The notes under the pieces are model-generated. The model was not told the DNA's origin. It saw only the letters and a program-made list of their open reading frames with translations, and searched no databases. Positions 9,562 to 19,800 of a stretch of 64,000 bases of DNA are shown piece after piece. The stretch covers positions 32,001 to 96,000 of the IMG/VR virus record IMGVR_UViG_3300035180_002250, one strand, 5' to 3'. This stretch comes from a virus. The translations under genes and the position numbers were made by a program. Position 1 is the first letter of the stretch; every line of letters starts with the position of its first letter.

Positions 9562-9770
9562 TAATAAGGATAAAATTCATGCCAAAATACATACATACTA
9601 TCCAATCTGATAATAAGAATAGCGGAGTAGATATAAAATATAATGATAAAGATAAAACCATTACTATTTCTGGCTGGTATGATGGGATGGTAGGGATTGA
9701 ACCGATTGTGATGCCTGTTGAGGACTTTCTTGAAAAGCTACACATCAACAAGAAACGTAAAAATCTATAA
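9558..9770 (+). CDS. Hypothetical protein
   Basis: Packed small ORF. Confidence 0.5.
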   Translation: MIIRIKFMPKYIHTIQSDNKNSGVDIKYNDKDKTITISGWYDGMVGIEPIVMPVEDFLEKLHINKKRKNL

Positions 9771-9793
9771 TTTTGTTAAAAGGGGGCTTAAAA

Positions 9794-10042
9794 ATGAAAA
9801 TTTATCGTGTCGAGATGCTTAGATTTAATGATCTACTTCTGTATCATTATTGCATAGGTGTTTTTTCAACACTGGAACAAGCTCGAAAAATTGGACGATC
9901 AGAAGAAAAATTACGAGGTGGGAAATATACAGCCCGTATTTATGAAATGGAAGTCGGTAAAGAGTACTACAAAGTACATGATGAAGTGCCAAAGGAATAT
10001 ACAACAAGCGTAGAGGATTGTGATGAGAAAAGAAACAATTGA
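9794..10042 (+). CDS. Hypothetical phage protein
   Basis: IGVFSTLEQA...RGGKY motif typical of small phage proteins; SD GGGGG. Confidence 0.6.
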   Translation: MKIYRVEMLRFNDLLLYHYCIGVFSTLEQARKIGRSEEKLRGGKYTARIYEMEVGKEYYKVHDEVPKEYTTSVEDCDEKRNN

Positions 10043-10390
10043 GGTTGATGAAAAGTATTACTGCCCTATTGCAGATACTGATGATTTGGAATATTTAGCG
10101 GCGTTGGGATGGAATATACAGACTATCAAAATGCCAGATGGTACTAACAAAGTAGCTATCGAATTAGAAGGAGACAGGACAGCTAAAAAAATAAATAACA
10201 ATTAATGAAGTATTGGAGGTACATACGAAATGCTGAAAAAGATTAAAAAATTCTTCTACAACGTAGAAACCAAACTTTATAATAGTAAATTTTGGTTTTG
10301 GGTATATTATTCACATACTAAAAAACATAAACAAGAGTGCGAGAATGTGTTAAATGGTGTTTTAGAAATTAGAAAAAGAGTGATCGGAAG

Positions 10391-10600
10391 ATGATAAGAG
10401 AGATGACTAACTTCATTTACACATCTAAAAATGAGTTGATCCCAGTATTTGGTATCAATGGATGCGTAGATCACATCCGGGGTAACCTATGGTTAGTTAA
10501 CAGAGTCAAACTTGTGAAAGGTGTTGGATTTGTGGCAACTCCTGACCGTATTGTTGAAGGTGAATTATGGGAAACTTTTGAAAAGGAGGATAAACAATGA
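10391..10600 (+). CDS. Hypothetical protein
   Basis: 69-aa ORF coupled to 10597. Confidence 0.5.
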   Translation: MIREMTNFIYTSKNELIPVFGINGCVDHIRGNLWLVNRVKLVKGVGFVATPDRIVEGELWETFEKEDKQ

Positions 10601-10746
10601 GTGGTGGGTACTTTAATTACGTCCAGTACAGGCTTTCGGATGTTGTTGATCAGATTCAAGAATTGATCAACAACAACAATGTGAAACTTGTATCGGGTGA
10701 TGATGGTGGGGAAACGTTTAATAAGAAATGGAGTGTGAATAATTGA
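10597..10746 (+). CDS. Internally deleted 49-aa paralogue of 7302-7577
   Basis: MSGGYFNYVQYRLSDVVDQIQELINNNNVKLVSGDDGGETFNKKWS matches both ends of the 7302 ORF; SD AGGAGG. Confidence 0.65.
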   Translation: MSGGYFNYVQYRLSDVVDQIQELINNNNVKLVSGDDGGETFNKKWSVNN

Positions 10747-10753
10747 GGCACAC

Positions 10754-11341
10754 ATGAGAACAAAAAAATACCAATTGGTTGGAATTCCTTTTAAGCATCG
10801 ATATGTTCCACCACCGAAAGCTAAAAAATTGGTGTTAAATAAAGATTTAATAATGAATGTATATACTGATAATTATTTTAGCAATGGGTATTATTCAGTA
10901 GAGTTTAAAAGCGCTGGACTTGAAAGAAAGATATTTAATACCACTTCGGAAAAGTATGCCGAATACAATAAAATTTTATTAACAACAACGTTTGAGGAAT
11001 ATAACATCCCAGAAAGTGACTATACCAGAGTTGAGATATCTGGTTATATAATAGACTCTGAAAATGCTATTATTCCAAAGATTAAACAAGGTAAAGATAA
11101 ACAGGATGAAATATTATTTATTAGTTTAAAGGGTAGGAATAAAAATATATTTTATAACAAGGAGTATATTGACTCAGTTTTAAAATTGCATCCAAGTTCT
11201 GAAATGTATTTGCGAACTAAAGATATCCATAGTAAAGGGTATAGTAAATCAATATTAGTTTTTAAGAATAAAAACGAAATTGTTGGATTAGTAGCTCCGA
11301 TATTAACAGATAACACTAAGTTAAAATTTGTTAGAAGTTAG
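10754..11341 (+). CDS. Hypothetical protein
   Basis: 195-aa AT-rich ORF. Confidence 0.65.
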   Translation: MRTKKYQLVGIPFKHRYVPPPKAKKLVLNKDLIMNVYTDNYFSNGYYSVEFKSAGLERKIFNTTSEKYAEYNKILLTTTFEEYNIPESDYTRVEISGYIIDSENAIIPKIKQGKDKQDEILFISLKGRNKNIFYNKEYIDSVLKLHPSSEMYLRTKDIHSKGYSKSILVFKNKNEIVGLVAPILTDNTKLKFVRS

Positions 11342-11393
11342 AAATAGTTATTTATTATATTATTATAAAATAAAAAGGAGAGGAGAAATTACC

Positions 11394-11729
11394 ATGAATT
11401 GCAAAGAAGAATTTTTAAATACAATAAAAACAAAGCCAAAGGTTATTTGGTCAGTTATTTACGCTGGAATCAGTTATAACAAGAGGCTTATAAATATTCT
11501 GACTCCTGGGTATACTGACGACGATTTCAAGATATTTTTGGATAAACTTAATTTTGAATATGATAATGGATATGGTCTTCAGATGATTTATGGATATATC
11601 ATATACGAAGATAACTCTTGGTCTGAACGGTACTCTTACGACGGAGAAGAGTGCTGGTCTTACAAAAAGACTCCAAAGTTTTCTGAGGATATAGATGTTT
11701 TCTTTGATCCATGTCACGACTGTGGATGA
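11394..11729 (+). CDS. Hypothetical protein, YDxGYG family (AT-rich member)
   Basis: YDNGYGLQMIYGYI...YDGEECW; SD GGAG before ATG 11394. Confidence 0.7.
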   Translation: MNCKEEFLNTIKTKPKVIWSVIYAGISYNKRLINILTPGYTDDDFKIFLDKLNFEYDNGYGLQMIYGYIIYEDNSWSERYSYDGEECWSYKKTPKFSEDIDVFFDPCHDCG

Positions 11730-11753
11730 AGTCTAATCAGAGGGAGGAGACTA

Positions 11754-11996
11754 ATGAATCTAGAAGAGTATTCCAAAAAATTAGGGCTTAAAAGAACCAT
11801 GACGGTAGAGGAACTGATTGAATCCCACATGCGTTTAGTGGAGGAACTCAATCAATCATCTAGAAAGGAATTCAAAGAAAATTTACATAAAGCTTACCAA
11901 CAAGCGTATCAAGATGGGCTGAGCGCAAAATTCATTGCAATCGATAAGTTACTGACTATGACTATTTCGGAGTTTATAAAAGAATTTAAGGAGTGA
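11754..11996 (+). CDS. Hypothetical protein
   Basis: SD GGAGG; stop codon lies at the IS right-end boundary. Confidence 0.6.
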   Translation: MNLEEYSKKLGLKRTMTVEELIESHMRLVEELNQSSRKEFKENLHKAYQQAYQDGLSAKFIAIDKLLTMTISEFIKEFKE

Positions 11997-13305
11997 CTAC
12001 TCCCCCCGGCTAAAGCCAGGGGCTTCTATGGCATACCCAATGGACTGTAGCCCCAGTCCCAAGATGTTGATAGCGGCATTGACATCGCGGCTTAATTCGA
12101 GGTCACAGACAGGACAATGGAAGATACGATCAGACAAAGTGAGCTTATGCCTGGTTCCACATTTACTGCATGTCTGCGAGGTGTAGGCGGGGTTCACCTT
12201 AATTACTCTTTTGCCAGCTTCTTCCGCTTTGCAATCGAGCAGATCAAGGAACATCCGCCATGCCGCATCGCCAATGCTTTTGTTGAGACCATGAAACTTG
12301 TTTTGCTTCATCTTGTTGATAGACAGGTCTTCAACGACTATCGTATTAAATTGATTGACCAGTTTCCGGGATTCTTGATGAACGAAATTTTCACGTTTCC
12401 ATTTGATTCTTTCGTGAATGCGCGAAACAACTTTTCGGGCTTTATGCCTTGCTGCGCTACCTTTCTCTTTGGAGGAAAGTTTCCGTTGAGCTTGCGTAAG
12501 GGCATCTTCCTCTTCTCGAAAGAATCGAGGATTTTTGATTGGTTCAGTGTCATCCGAACGAGTTGCAAATGTTTCAAGACCCATATCAATACCGATAGCT
12601 GGTTCAATGGGCTGTTCAATAGGATGATATTCAATATCACAGGCAAAGGTGACAAACCATTTACCTGTGGGGGTTCTTCTGATGGTGCATGTCTTGATTT
12701 TGCCTTCAATATCCCGGTGTTTGAGGATTTTGAGTTTACCAATCTTCGAGATATGCAGAAAGTCATCAAGCCGAAACCCTGCCTGCGGGAAGGTGAAGCT
12801 GTCGTACCTGTTTGTTCCACGGAATCGAGGATAACCAGGGGTCTCTCCATTTTTAACTCTTCTGAAAAACGACCTGAACGCAAGATCAATACGCACAGCG
12901 ACATTTTGAAGAACCTGGCTATGTATATCCTTCAGAAAAGGATGCTCTTCTTTCAAAAGTGGAAGTGTTACTGTTTGTTCATAGCGAGAAAGGCTTTTCT
13001 TTTCAGTTTCCCAAGATGTTTTACGTTCATCAAGGAAATGATTATACAACCATCGGCAACCATCAAGAGTCTTTTCAAGAAGAGTCTTTTGGCTTTTGGT
13101 TGGGTAAATTCTGTATTTAAAAGTCTTTCTCATAGTGGTTGTGACTATTCCCCACGGTTAAATCCAGGGGTTTCTATGGTGTAGCCAATGGACTGTAGTC
13201 CCAGTCCCAAGTGGTTATACACTAATCATGTTCATGTATAATGTCAAGTTTTTTTCGCCTTATATCAACATGTCTAAAGTCAGGGGGTTTACGGAGTTTC
13301 TTCGG
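11993..13305 (-). mobile_element. IS200/IS605-family element, tnpB only, with a duplicated right end
   Basis: Right-end hairpin ending TCAC, left-end-like sequence at about 13254-13305, tnpB in between. Confidence 0.85.
11997..13133 (-). CDS. tnpB: TnpB RNA-guided endonuclease
   Basis: RKTFKYRIYP HTH; RuvC residues GIDMG, VVEDL, RDVNAAINI; zinc finger CSKCG...CPVC. Confidence 0.95.
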   Translation of the reverse strand: MRKTFKYRIYPTKSQKTLLEKTLDGCRWLYNHFLDERKTSWETEKKSLSRYEQTVTLPLLKEEHPFLKDIHSQVLQNVAVRIDLAFRSFFRRVKNGETPGYPRFRGTNRYDSFTFPQAGFRLDDFLHISKIGKLKILKHRDIEGKIKTCTIRRTPTGKWFVTFACDIEYHPIEQPIEPAIGIDMGLETFATRSDDTEPIKNPRFFREEEDALTQAQRKLSSKEKGSAARHKARKVVSRIHERIKWKRENFVHQESRKLVNQFNTIVVEDLSINKMKQNKFHGLNKSIGDAAWRMFLDLLDCKAEEAGKRVIKVNPAYTSQTCSKCGTRHKLTLSDRIFHCPVCDLELSRDVNAAINILGLGLQSIGYAIEAPGFSRGE

Positions 13306-13354
13306 ATAATAAAAATCTTTGTACACACACAACTAAACCAAAGGAGGAATAATA

Positions 13355-13594
13355 ATGTCGGATAATAAGATTTCTTTTGATATTAATGCATGGGCATCAA
13401 CAAAATGCCCTACGGTTATGTTTAGACTCAAAAAACCATCCAGGAGCCGTGAAGATGATTTTCAGGAATGGTGGAAAGCAAAGGCTTCTAAGTGTCCAGC
13501 GTGTTTAAAGGATAATACTTGCAATATTTCCAATGAACCCTGCCAAGTGAATAAATGTTTTTATTTATTTGTGAATGATATTGAACCGTTGTAA
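13355..13594 (+). CDS. Small Cys-rich protein, WWKxKASxCPAC family
   Basis: SD AGGAGG; WWKAKASKCPAC...CNISNEPC...KCF. Confidence 0.75.
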   Translation: MSDNKISFDINAWASTKCPTVMFRLKKPSRSREDDFQEWWKAKASKCPACLKDNTCNISNEPCQVNKCFYLFVNDIEPL

Positions 13595-13613
13595 TTCTAC
13601 GTTTTGGTTTTGA

Positions 13614-13805
13614 TCAGTCAAGGTCTTGTTTATAGTCCTTGACGACATCTTCGTATTCTCTAATATGGTCCTTCTCAAGATCACTCTTTCGTCCCCTCCA
13701 GTCCCTGTACCACTTGATTATCTTATTCACAGGGACTGTGAGGGTCACTCCATCTTTCCTAGGATTTCCTGCTGGATCAGTGTCATACTCATTATTACTG
13801 CCCAT
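13614..13805 (-). CDS. Hypothetical small protein
   Basis: End of the minus-strand lysis operon; overlaps the upstream ORF. Confidence 0.5.
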   Translation of the reverse strand: MGSNNEYDTDPAGNPRKDGVTLTVPVNKIIKWYRDWRGRKSDLEKDHIREYEDVVKDYKQDLD

Positions 13806-14007
13806 TACAATCTCCCAACTTATCCGGTACTTTCCCAGTTCTGAGAACTGACCATACCTGAGAGAGAAGCGTTACGATCTTGTCGTCCTTAACATTTGGA
13901 GTAATGATCGCCACCCCTTTGAGCAGCGTGAGAAACAAGTAGAGCGTCATCCAATTCCCACCAATAAACTCTAAGATATACTTGTCTAATGAAATCATTG
14001 CGAGCAC
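13795..14007 (-). CDS. Small membrane protein (holin-like)
   Basis: Hydrophobic helix, TPNVKDDK motif, next to the endolysin. Confidence 0.5.
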   Translation of the reverse strand: MLAMISLDKYILEFIGGNWMTLYLFLTLLKGVAIITPNVKDDKIVTLLSQVWSVLRTGKVPDKLGDCNGQ

Positions 14008-14052
14008 CTCAGATTGTTATAATTTTTTTTTAACAAAATAGTATATTATTTA

Positions 14053-14490
14053 TCAAGTCTTCTTAACATCAATAGTTGGATCGTGATAGAAGACATGCTT
14101 ACCTATCTGAGCTAGTTTTATAAACCTCTTGGCCCATTTGGGGGAAATGTTTGCTGTATGGTAATGAGTCGGATGCCCAGATACATTCATAGTATGCCCA
14201 AGCAAGATGTCCGATGCTATTGCTCTGCAACTCTTCCAATCAGCAGTGTTCTGCTCCTTTTCCAGAACAATATCATCTTTGTTGTGATCTTGCCAGCACG
14301 TGAACTGACGATCAGCCAAACAAACCTCTCTAAAATTTCTTCCCCACCAACCAGGATTTTGCACCCTTGTTAAAACAGTGAGGCCCACCCATATTTTGCC
14401 CTCTGTTGGTTCTCCTCTGGCCTCCCCGACGATGGTTCCGGTAAGGATATCTAACTCGTTCCACGATTCGAATCCCTCGACAAGTTTCAT
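14053..14490 (-). CDS. Cell-wall hydrolase (SleB/Hydrolase_2-like) endolysin
   Basis: TIVGEARGE, QFTCW, THYH, PKWA, IGKHVFY. Confidence 0.88.
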   Translation of the reverse strand: MKLVEGFESWNELDILTGTIVGEARGEPTEGKIWVGLTVLTRVQNPGWWGRNFREVCLADRQFTCWQDHNKDDIVLEKEQNTADWKSCRAIASDILLGHTMNVSGHPTHYHTANISPKWAKRFIKLAQIGKHVFYHDPTIDVKKT

Positions 14491-14499
14491 ATTAAACCC

Positions 14500-14850
14500 C
14501 TATTTGTCGGTTATCCTTCTTCTCATTCCAGTATTCTGTCTTCGCCTTTCATCCAATCTAAAGAACTTTTTTGTTACATGGGAACAGTAAGCGATTAATG
14601 GGATGATGATAAAATACTGTTTGATATGCATATACCAATTGTAAATATCGGTCAGGCTGTCACCATTAAAGTATCTATGATAGAGGTACCACGATCCAGC
14701 CGAACTAATGCACAAACCAAACATCAAGCCACAAGTAATTTTATAAATTGGAGTTGGGGAACCTTCAGACAACCACCACCAAAGAAAAATTACAAACAGG
14801 TATCCACTAAGTATTGCTGTTACAAGGTAAAGTAATTGGACATGCTCCAT
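14500..14850 (-). CDS. Three-TM membrane protein (holin candidate)
   Basis: Three hydrophobic segments, basic C-tail, adjacent to the endolysin. Confidence 0.55.
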   Translation of the reverse strand: MEHVQLLYLVTAILSGYLFVIFLWWWLSEGSPTPIYKITCGLMFGLCISSAGSWYLYHRYFNGDSLTDIYNWYMHIKQYFIIIPLIAYCSHVTKKFFRLDERRRQNTGMRRRITDK

Positions 14851-15040
14851 TCTCAGACCCTTTCTTTGGTGTATTTAATCTCTTCTGGCATTCTCTTTCG
14901 AACCATCCTACCTCGCCATCCAAGGCTACCTTGTAGTGATCCATCTTGTGACTAATTCTTTTCGCTTCACTGATTTGATTATCCAGCGCAGCAAATAACT
15001 CTTTTTTTTGCAACCTTCCGAAAAATTTCCATAGTTTCAT
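14807..15040 (-). CDS. Hypothetical protein
   Basis: Packed ORF in the lysis cassette. Confidence 0.5.
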   Translation of the reverse strand: MKLWKFFGRLQKKELFAALDNQISEAKRISHKMDHYKVALDGEVGWFERECQKRLNTPKKGSENGACPITLPCNSNT

Positions 15041-15042
15041 TT

Positions 15043-15261
15043 TTATCTATGGCCTCCCCCGATAATGTGCTGCATGATAGCGTCGATAGTTGAATCAGTT
15101 TTTATTAATACATTCGTCTGCGCTATAGTTGCATCCTTGAGTTTGTCCAGTAGCAAATAGCCTTGCACTTCCCTGAGGATGATCCAAAGGAACATCACCA
15201 GTTGGACAGGCTCAGTCAGTATGCAGAATATCTTGCTGACTATAGTGACTATGGCATCCAT
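15043..15261 (-). CDS. Single-TM protein (holin/antiholin-like)
   Basis: TM helix plus short coiled region. Confidence 0.5.
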   Translation of the reverse strand: MDAIVTIVSKIFCILTEPVQLVMFLWIILREVQGYLLLDKLKDATIAQTNVLIKTDSTIDAIMQHIIGGGHR

Positions 15262-15743
15262 TATTTGGTTCCTGTTGCTGCTGCAGTAGTATTAGCCACA
15301 GTAGAGGTACTGGTGTTGGTCGTAGTCGGGATATCCACAGAAGTCGAAGTATTTGTAGTTGTTGGGATACTGACATCACCCCCGGCCATATGCCCACCAG
15401 ACGTTGTGTTTGTGTTAATGTTAGGTTGTACAGATTTCATAGCACTGGACCACTCATGACTGACGGCCCAGTTCCCAAGTCCAAACATCCCAAGAGACAT
15501 AGCCATACTAATGGGAGAGGCCCATTCAGAATCTTTGATTTGGGCGACCTGAACAGGTTGATCCGGCATTAGAATGGACTGTTTCACCAGCCTCCCAGTC
15601 GAGTCGAATTCTTGAACAACACCTGGTTGCTGCCTGTTCTTGTTCGCATCCACAAGAGCTTGTGTGTAGCTCTTGTATGCTTCCTGGCTCGCACAGCCAC
15701 CAAGGATCATCGAGATAAGGATCATTAATAGTATTCTCTTCAT
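15261..15743 (-). CDS. Lipoprotein with Thr-rich repeated tail
   Basis: Signal peptide with lipobox LGGC; IPTTTNTSTS duplicated. Confidence 0.7.
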   Translation of the reverse strand: MKRILLMILISMILGGCASQEAYKSYTQALVDANKNRQQPGVVQEFDSTGRLVKQSILMPDQPVQVAQIKDSEWASPISMAMSLGMFGLGNWAVSHEWSSAMKSVQPNINTNTTSGGHMAGGDVSIPTTTNTSTSVDIPTTTNTSTSTVANTTAAATGTK

Positions 15744-15819
15744 TGTTCATTCTCCCTTGTTCGTTCACCTTTGCGACCTTTCTTCTTGGCTTCTTTTTTT
15801 AGGTCATTCTTGAAGACCA

Positions 15820-16071
15820 TCATTTCGGATCACTTCCCGTGCTTCCAAAGTGAAACAGTGCCAGCATATTAATAAGTTTGCTAAACAGACCTTGTACGCT
15901 CTTCCAAAGGTCATCATTGCCAACAGTTGCCTGGATTGCTTGAAGGACATAGTCCTTCTTTTCTTGCCCAGTTCCTTTATCAGGAATCGCTTTTTCAGCC
16001 AATACCATAAGTTCAACTACTGCCTGAATCAGACTCGGTAACGCCGCCAATACTTGCAGAAATGTTGTCAT
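15820..16071 (-). CDS. Holin-like small protein
   Basis: AEKA...GTGQEKKDYV pattern seen in phage holin-like proteins. Confidence 0.5.
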   Translation of the reverse strand: MTTFLQVLAALPSLIQAVVELMVLAEKAIPDKGTGQEKKDYVLQAIQATVGNDDLWKSVQGLFSKLINMLALFHFGSTGSDPK

Positions 16072-16072
16072 C

Positions 16073-16309
16073 TCAAATTCCTCCTATGATTTTCCATCTT
16101 GTCCAATACCACACTCTCACCCCAACATACATGATTGCAGCATGAATTGGGTGTCCCTTAGCTCTGACACAATCTCTTAGCCCACGATCAGCCTTCAGGC
16201 GCAGCGTAGCATCTTTGAGATGCCACGCCTCCTCGCATTGCCAGTCGTGCCAGACGCAACAGCCTAACCAACTTCCGTTGAAGTAACAGGTGCATCGATT
16301 GTCTTGCAT
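16073..16309 (-). CDS. Phospholipase A2-like / DUF1353-like small protein
   Basis: CCVWHD...KAD..LRDC...MYVGVR. Confidence 0.55.
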   Translation of the reverse strand: MQDNRCTCYFNGSWLGCCVWHDWQCEEAWHLKDATLRLKADRGLRDCVRAKGHPIHAAIMYVGVRVWYWTRWKIIGGI

Positions 16310-16476
16310 TCAGCCTCCGTTGGTGGAACAGGTACATATTCTTCCTTGCATACAGCATTCTCCACGGCTTGCTTAAATTCATATACTAAATCGATAACTT
16401 GCCCAGAAAAAGTTGTGCTCTGAATCATCTGCTTACAAAGTTCTTTGTGTTCCGGCTTGTTAAAAACCATAATCAT
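16264..16476 (-). CDS. Hypothetical protein
   Basis: SD AGGAGG; follows the tail fibre genes. Confidence 0.55.
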   Translation of the reverse strand: MIMVFNKPEHKELCKQMIQSTTFSGQVIDLVYEFKQAVENAVCKEEYVPVPPTEAECKTIDAPVTSTEVG

Positions 16477-16523
16477 CCTCCTTGTGTTGATTTGTTGTCT
16501 CGTTCTTATGTCGATCTGTTATC

Positions 16524-16844
16524 TCATACTTGTGTTGATTGCTTATCTCGTTCTTGCGCCAATTTCAAATAATAACTGAAGATCGCTGCATAGATTTGTG
16601 CTATAGTCATTGTTGCCCCAGTATCTGCTCCTGTCTCTGGATTAATTATCTGAATCGTTTCATCCACATTAGCCACTGTTTTCGAAAGCGTTCCCGCTGG
16701 TTGAGTTATCTTGGTATCACCAAGAGACACAAGAGTCTCCTCGATGAAATCTACTCTTGGAGTTTGTCCGTACTCGTTCCAGATTTGGATAACTTTAGCT
16801 CTTTGCCAAGATTGACCGCTTACTGTTGATTCTTTGTAGTTCAT
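16524..16844 (-). CDS. Tail-fibre-associated protein
   Basis: Directly downstream of the fibre gene; YKES.V.G.SWQR...INPETG pattern. Confidence 0.6.
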   Translation of the reverse strand: MNYKESTVSGQSWQRAKVIQIWNEYGQTPRVDFIEETLVSLGDTKITQPAGTLSKTVANVDETIQIINPETGADTGATMTIAQIYAAIFSYYLKLAQERDKQSTQV

Positions 16845-16856
16845 GTTGTTTACCCC

Positions 16857-19800
16857 TTAGTTTTGATTCGCTTGTAATATTTCCACCATCGATATGAGCT
16901 TCTGCACTGCTCCGTACATGACTGCGTATAATTGATCGACATTCAAATCAAGACAATCCTCGATTACTTGTTCAGTACTATCACTTAGTTTTACTGTAAA
17001 TGGTTTAACTGAAACGGATTTGCTGAACACCTTCTGCACATCTTGGGCTATCCATCCAAGTTTATGTCTATCTTTAACTTGATCTTCTGTATAGACACCT
17101 TCTTTCCAACAAAACCGTTTTAACGGAAGTCCTTTTACAATTTCATAACATCTATCGATATTTGCTAAACTGATGTCTGTTTTAAGCCGTTCATCTGAGG
17201 ATACTGTCCAAGTAGTTGTAGATGGCTTTGCTGCACTGTCTGAACTGAGAGTTAATTGATACCCAGGCGCTGTCGTTCCGATTCCGACATAACCTTTCAG
17301 AATAGTCTTTGTAATCGAATCATTCCCCAAAACTACACTATTACTACCAACGCCAGTAGCACTCGCTCCAATCACAATCTCATTCGTATCTCCGTCCGCC
17401 AGAGCCATTGTGTTGTAGCCAAGGTAGACTGAATTATTTGAAGTTTGATTAGGGGTGCTACCACCAGTTATATAACGACCAGCATTCATGCCTTGTGCTA
17501 TATTGTTATAGCCTGAGAAGATTGAATAAAGCGCATTCATGCCTTGTGCTGTATTGTTATAACCTATGCTGTTTAAATAAAGAGCATACACCCCTTCTGC
17601 TGTATTGTTATAGCCTGTGACGTTATACCCACCTACTCCAATACCTATAAATGTGTTATATAGTGCATTACTAGTAGAGCGGATTTCAAATGTGTTACCT
17701 CCAGCAGAGTTTGTAATAGCATATATCGGATTGTAAGACCCAGTAATTTGTTTGATAGATATTGTAATAGTTCCAGTTAAGTTTATAGTGGGGTCCATGG
17801 CCAGCGTTCCAGTTGTAGTAGCTTTCATTATCCAAGAGCCTGACGAGGCAATTCCATTGAGTACTTGCCCACCAAAATATAGATTAAATGACCCAGCAGT
17901 CCTATTTGTGACTGTGTATACAAGGTTATAGACATTTCCAACCACAGCAGCTAGAGTATTGGAGACAGCACCAGTATAGTTAGCCAGATGAGTAAAGCCA
18001 GAAGGCCAACCACCGAAAAAGGAACCGTATGTCCATCCAGAAGAAGTAAGTAGTTCTGAACTAAATGGAGCTGATTCAAGCGTAGTAGTTGACCTCTGAG
18101 TTAGTTGTGAAGAGGGAAGCGTCGTACCAATACCAACATTTCCTTCCACAGCTAATCCATTTGGTGGACCCGGTAATCCAGAATACGTTGATCCAATCGT
18201 AATTGCTCCTACAACCCCGAGGTTGCTTCCTGGAGAGGTTGTCCCGAGACCTACGTTGCCTTTCAGAATAGTCTTTGTAATCGAATCATTCCCCAAAACT
18301 ACACTATTACTACCAGCACCAACAGTACTCGCTCCAATCACAATCTCATTCGTATCTCCGTCCGCATAAGCCATTGTGTTGTAACCAAGGTAGACTGAAT
18401 TATTTGAAGTTTGATTGGGGGTGCTTCCGCCAAATATATAATTACCAGCATTCACGCCTTGTGCTATATTGTTATAGCCTGTGAAGTTTGAATAAAGAGC
18501 CTGCATCCCTTGTGCTGTATTGTTGTAGCCTAAGGTGTTTGTAGAAAGAGCATACACACCTTCTGCTGTATTGTTATATCCTAGGATATTATACCCACCT
18601 GCTCTAATCCCTATAAATGTATTATATAGTGCATCACCAGTAGAGCGGATTTCAAATGCGTTACCTCCAGCAGAGTTTGTAATAGCATACGTCGGATTGT
18701 AAGCCCCAGTAATTTGTTTGATAGACATTGCAATAGTTCCATCAAAGTCGGTAGTGGGTGTAATGGACAGCGTTCCAGTTGAAATAGCTTTATTCCCCCA
18801 ATAGCCTGTTGAGGTAACTGAAGATGTTGTTACTCCACCAAACGTTACACTGAATGACCCAGCAGTCCTACCTGTAACTGTGTATGTAATGTAATAGATA
18901 TTTCCAATCACAGCAGATAGAGTATTGGTGAGACTACCAGTATTATTAAGCATATGAGTAAAGCCGCTAGGCCAAGACCCTGCCCATCCTGTGTATGCCC
19001 ATCCAGAGAAAGTAAGTAGTTCAGAACTAAGTTGAACTGATTCAAGCGTAGTAGTTGACTTCTGAGTTAGTTGTGAAGAGGGACTCGTCGTCCCAATACC
19101 AACATTCCCTTCCACAGCTAATCCATTTGTTGGGCCATTTAACCCAGCATACGTTGATCCAATCGTAATTGCTCCTACAACCCCGAGGTTGCTTCCTGGA
19201 GAGGTTGTCCCGAGACCTACGTTGCCTTTCAGAATAGTCTTTGTAATCGAATCATTCCCCAAAACTACACTATTATTACCAACGCCAGTAGCCCCAGTTC
19301 CAATCACAATCTCATTCGTATCTCCGTTCGCCAGAGCCATTGTGTTGTAGCCAAGGTAGACTGAATTATTTGAAGTTTGATTAGGGGTGCTACCACCAGT
19401 TATATAACGACCAGCATTTGCGCCTTGTGCTAAATTGTTGTATCCTGTTGTGTTCGAATAAAGAGCGTACACCCCTTGTGCTGAATTGTTGTATCCTGTT
19501 GTGTTCGAAGAAAGAGCATACACTCCTTTTGCTGTATTATTATAACCTGTTGTATTATACCCACCTACTCCAATACCTATAAATGTGTTATATAGTGCAT
19601 TACTAGTAGAGCGGATTTCAAATGTGTTACCTCCAGCAGAGTTTGTAATAGCATATATCGGATTGTAAGACCCAGCAATTTGTTTGATAGATATTGTAAT
19701 AGTTCCATCAAAGTCGGTAGTGGGTGTAATGGACAGCGTTCCAGTTGAAATAGCTTTTGGCCCCCAAGAGCCTGACGAGGTAATTGAAGAGAATGTTACT

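Noticed and set aside
12117-13184. 355-aa plus-strand ORF
   Set aside because: Antisense shadow of tnpB with no recognisable motifs
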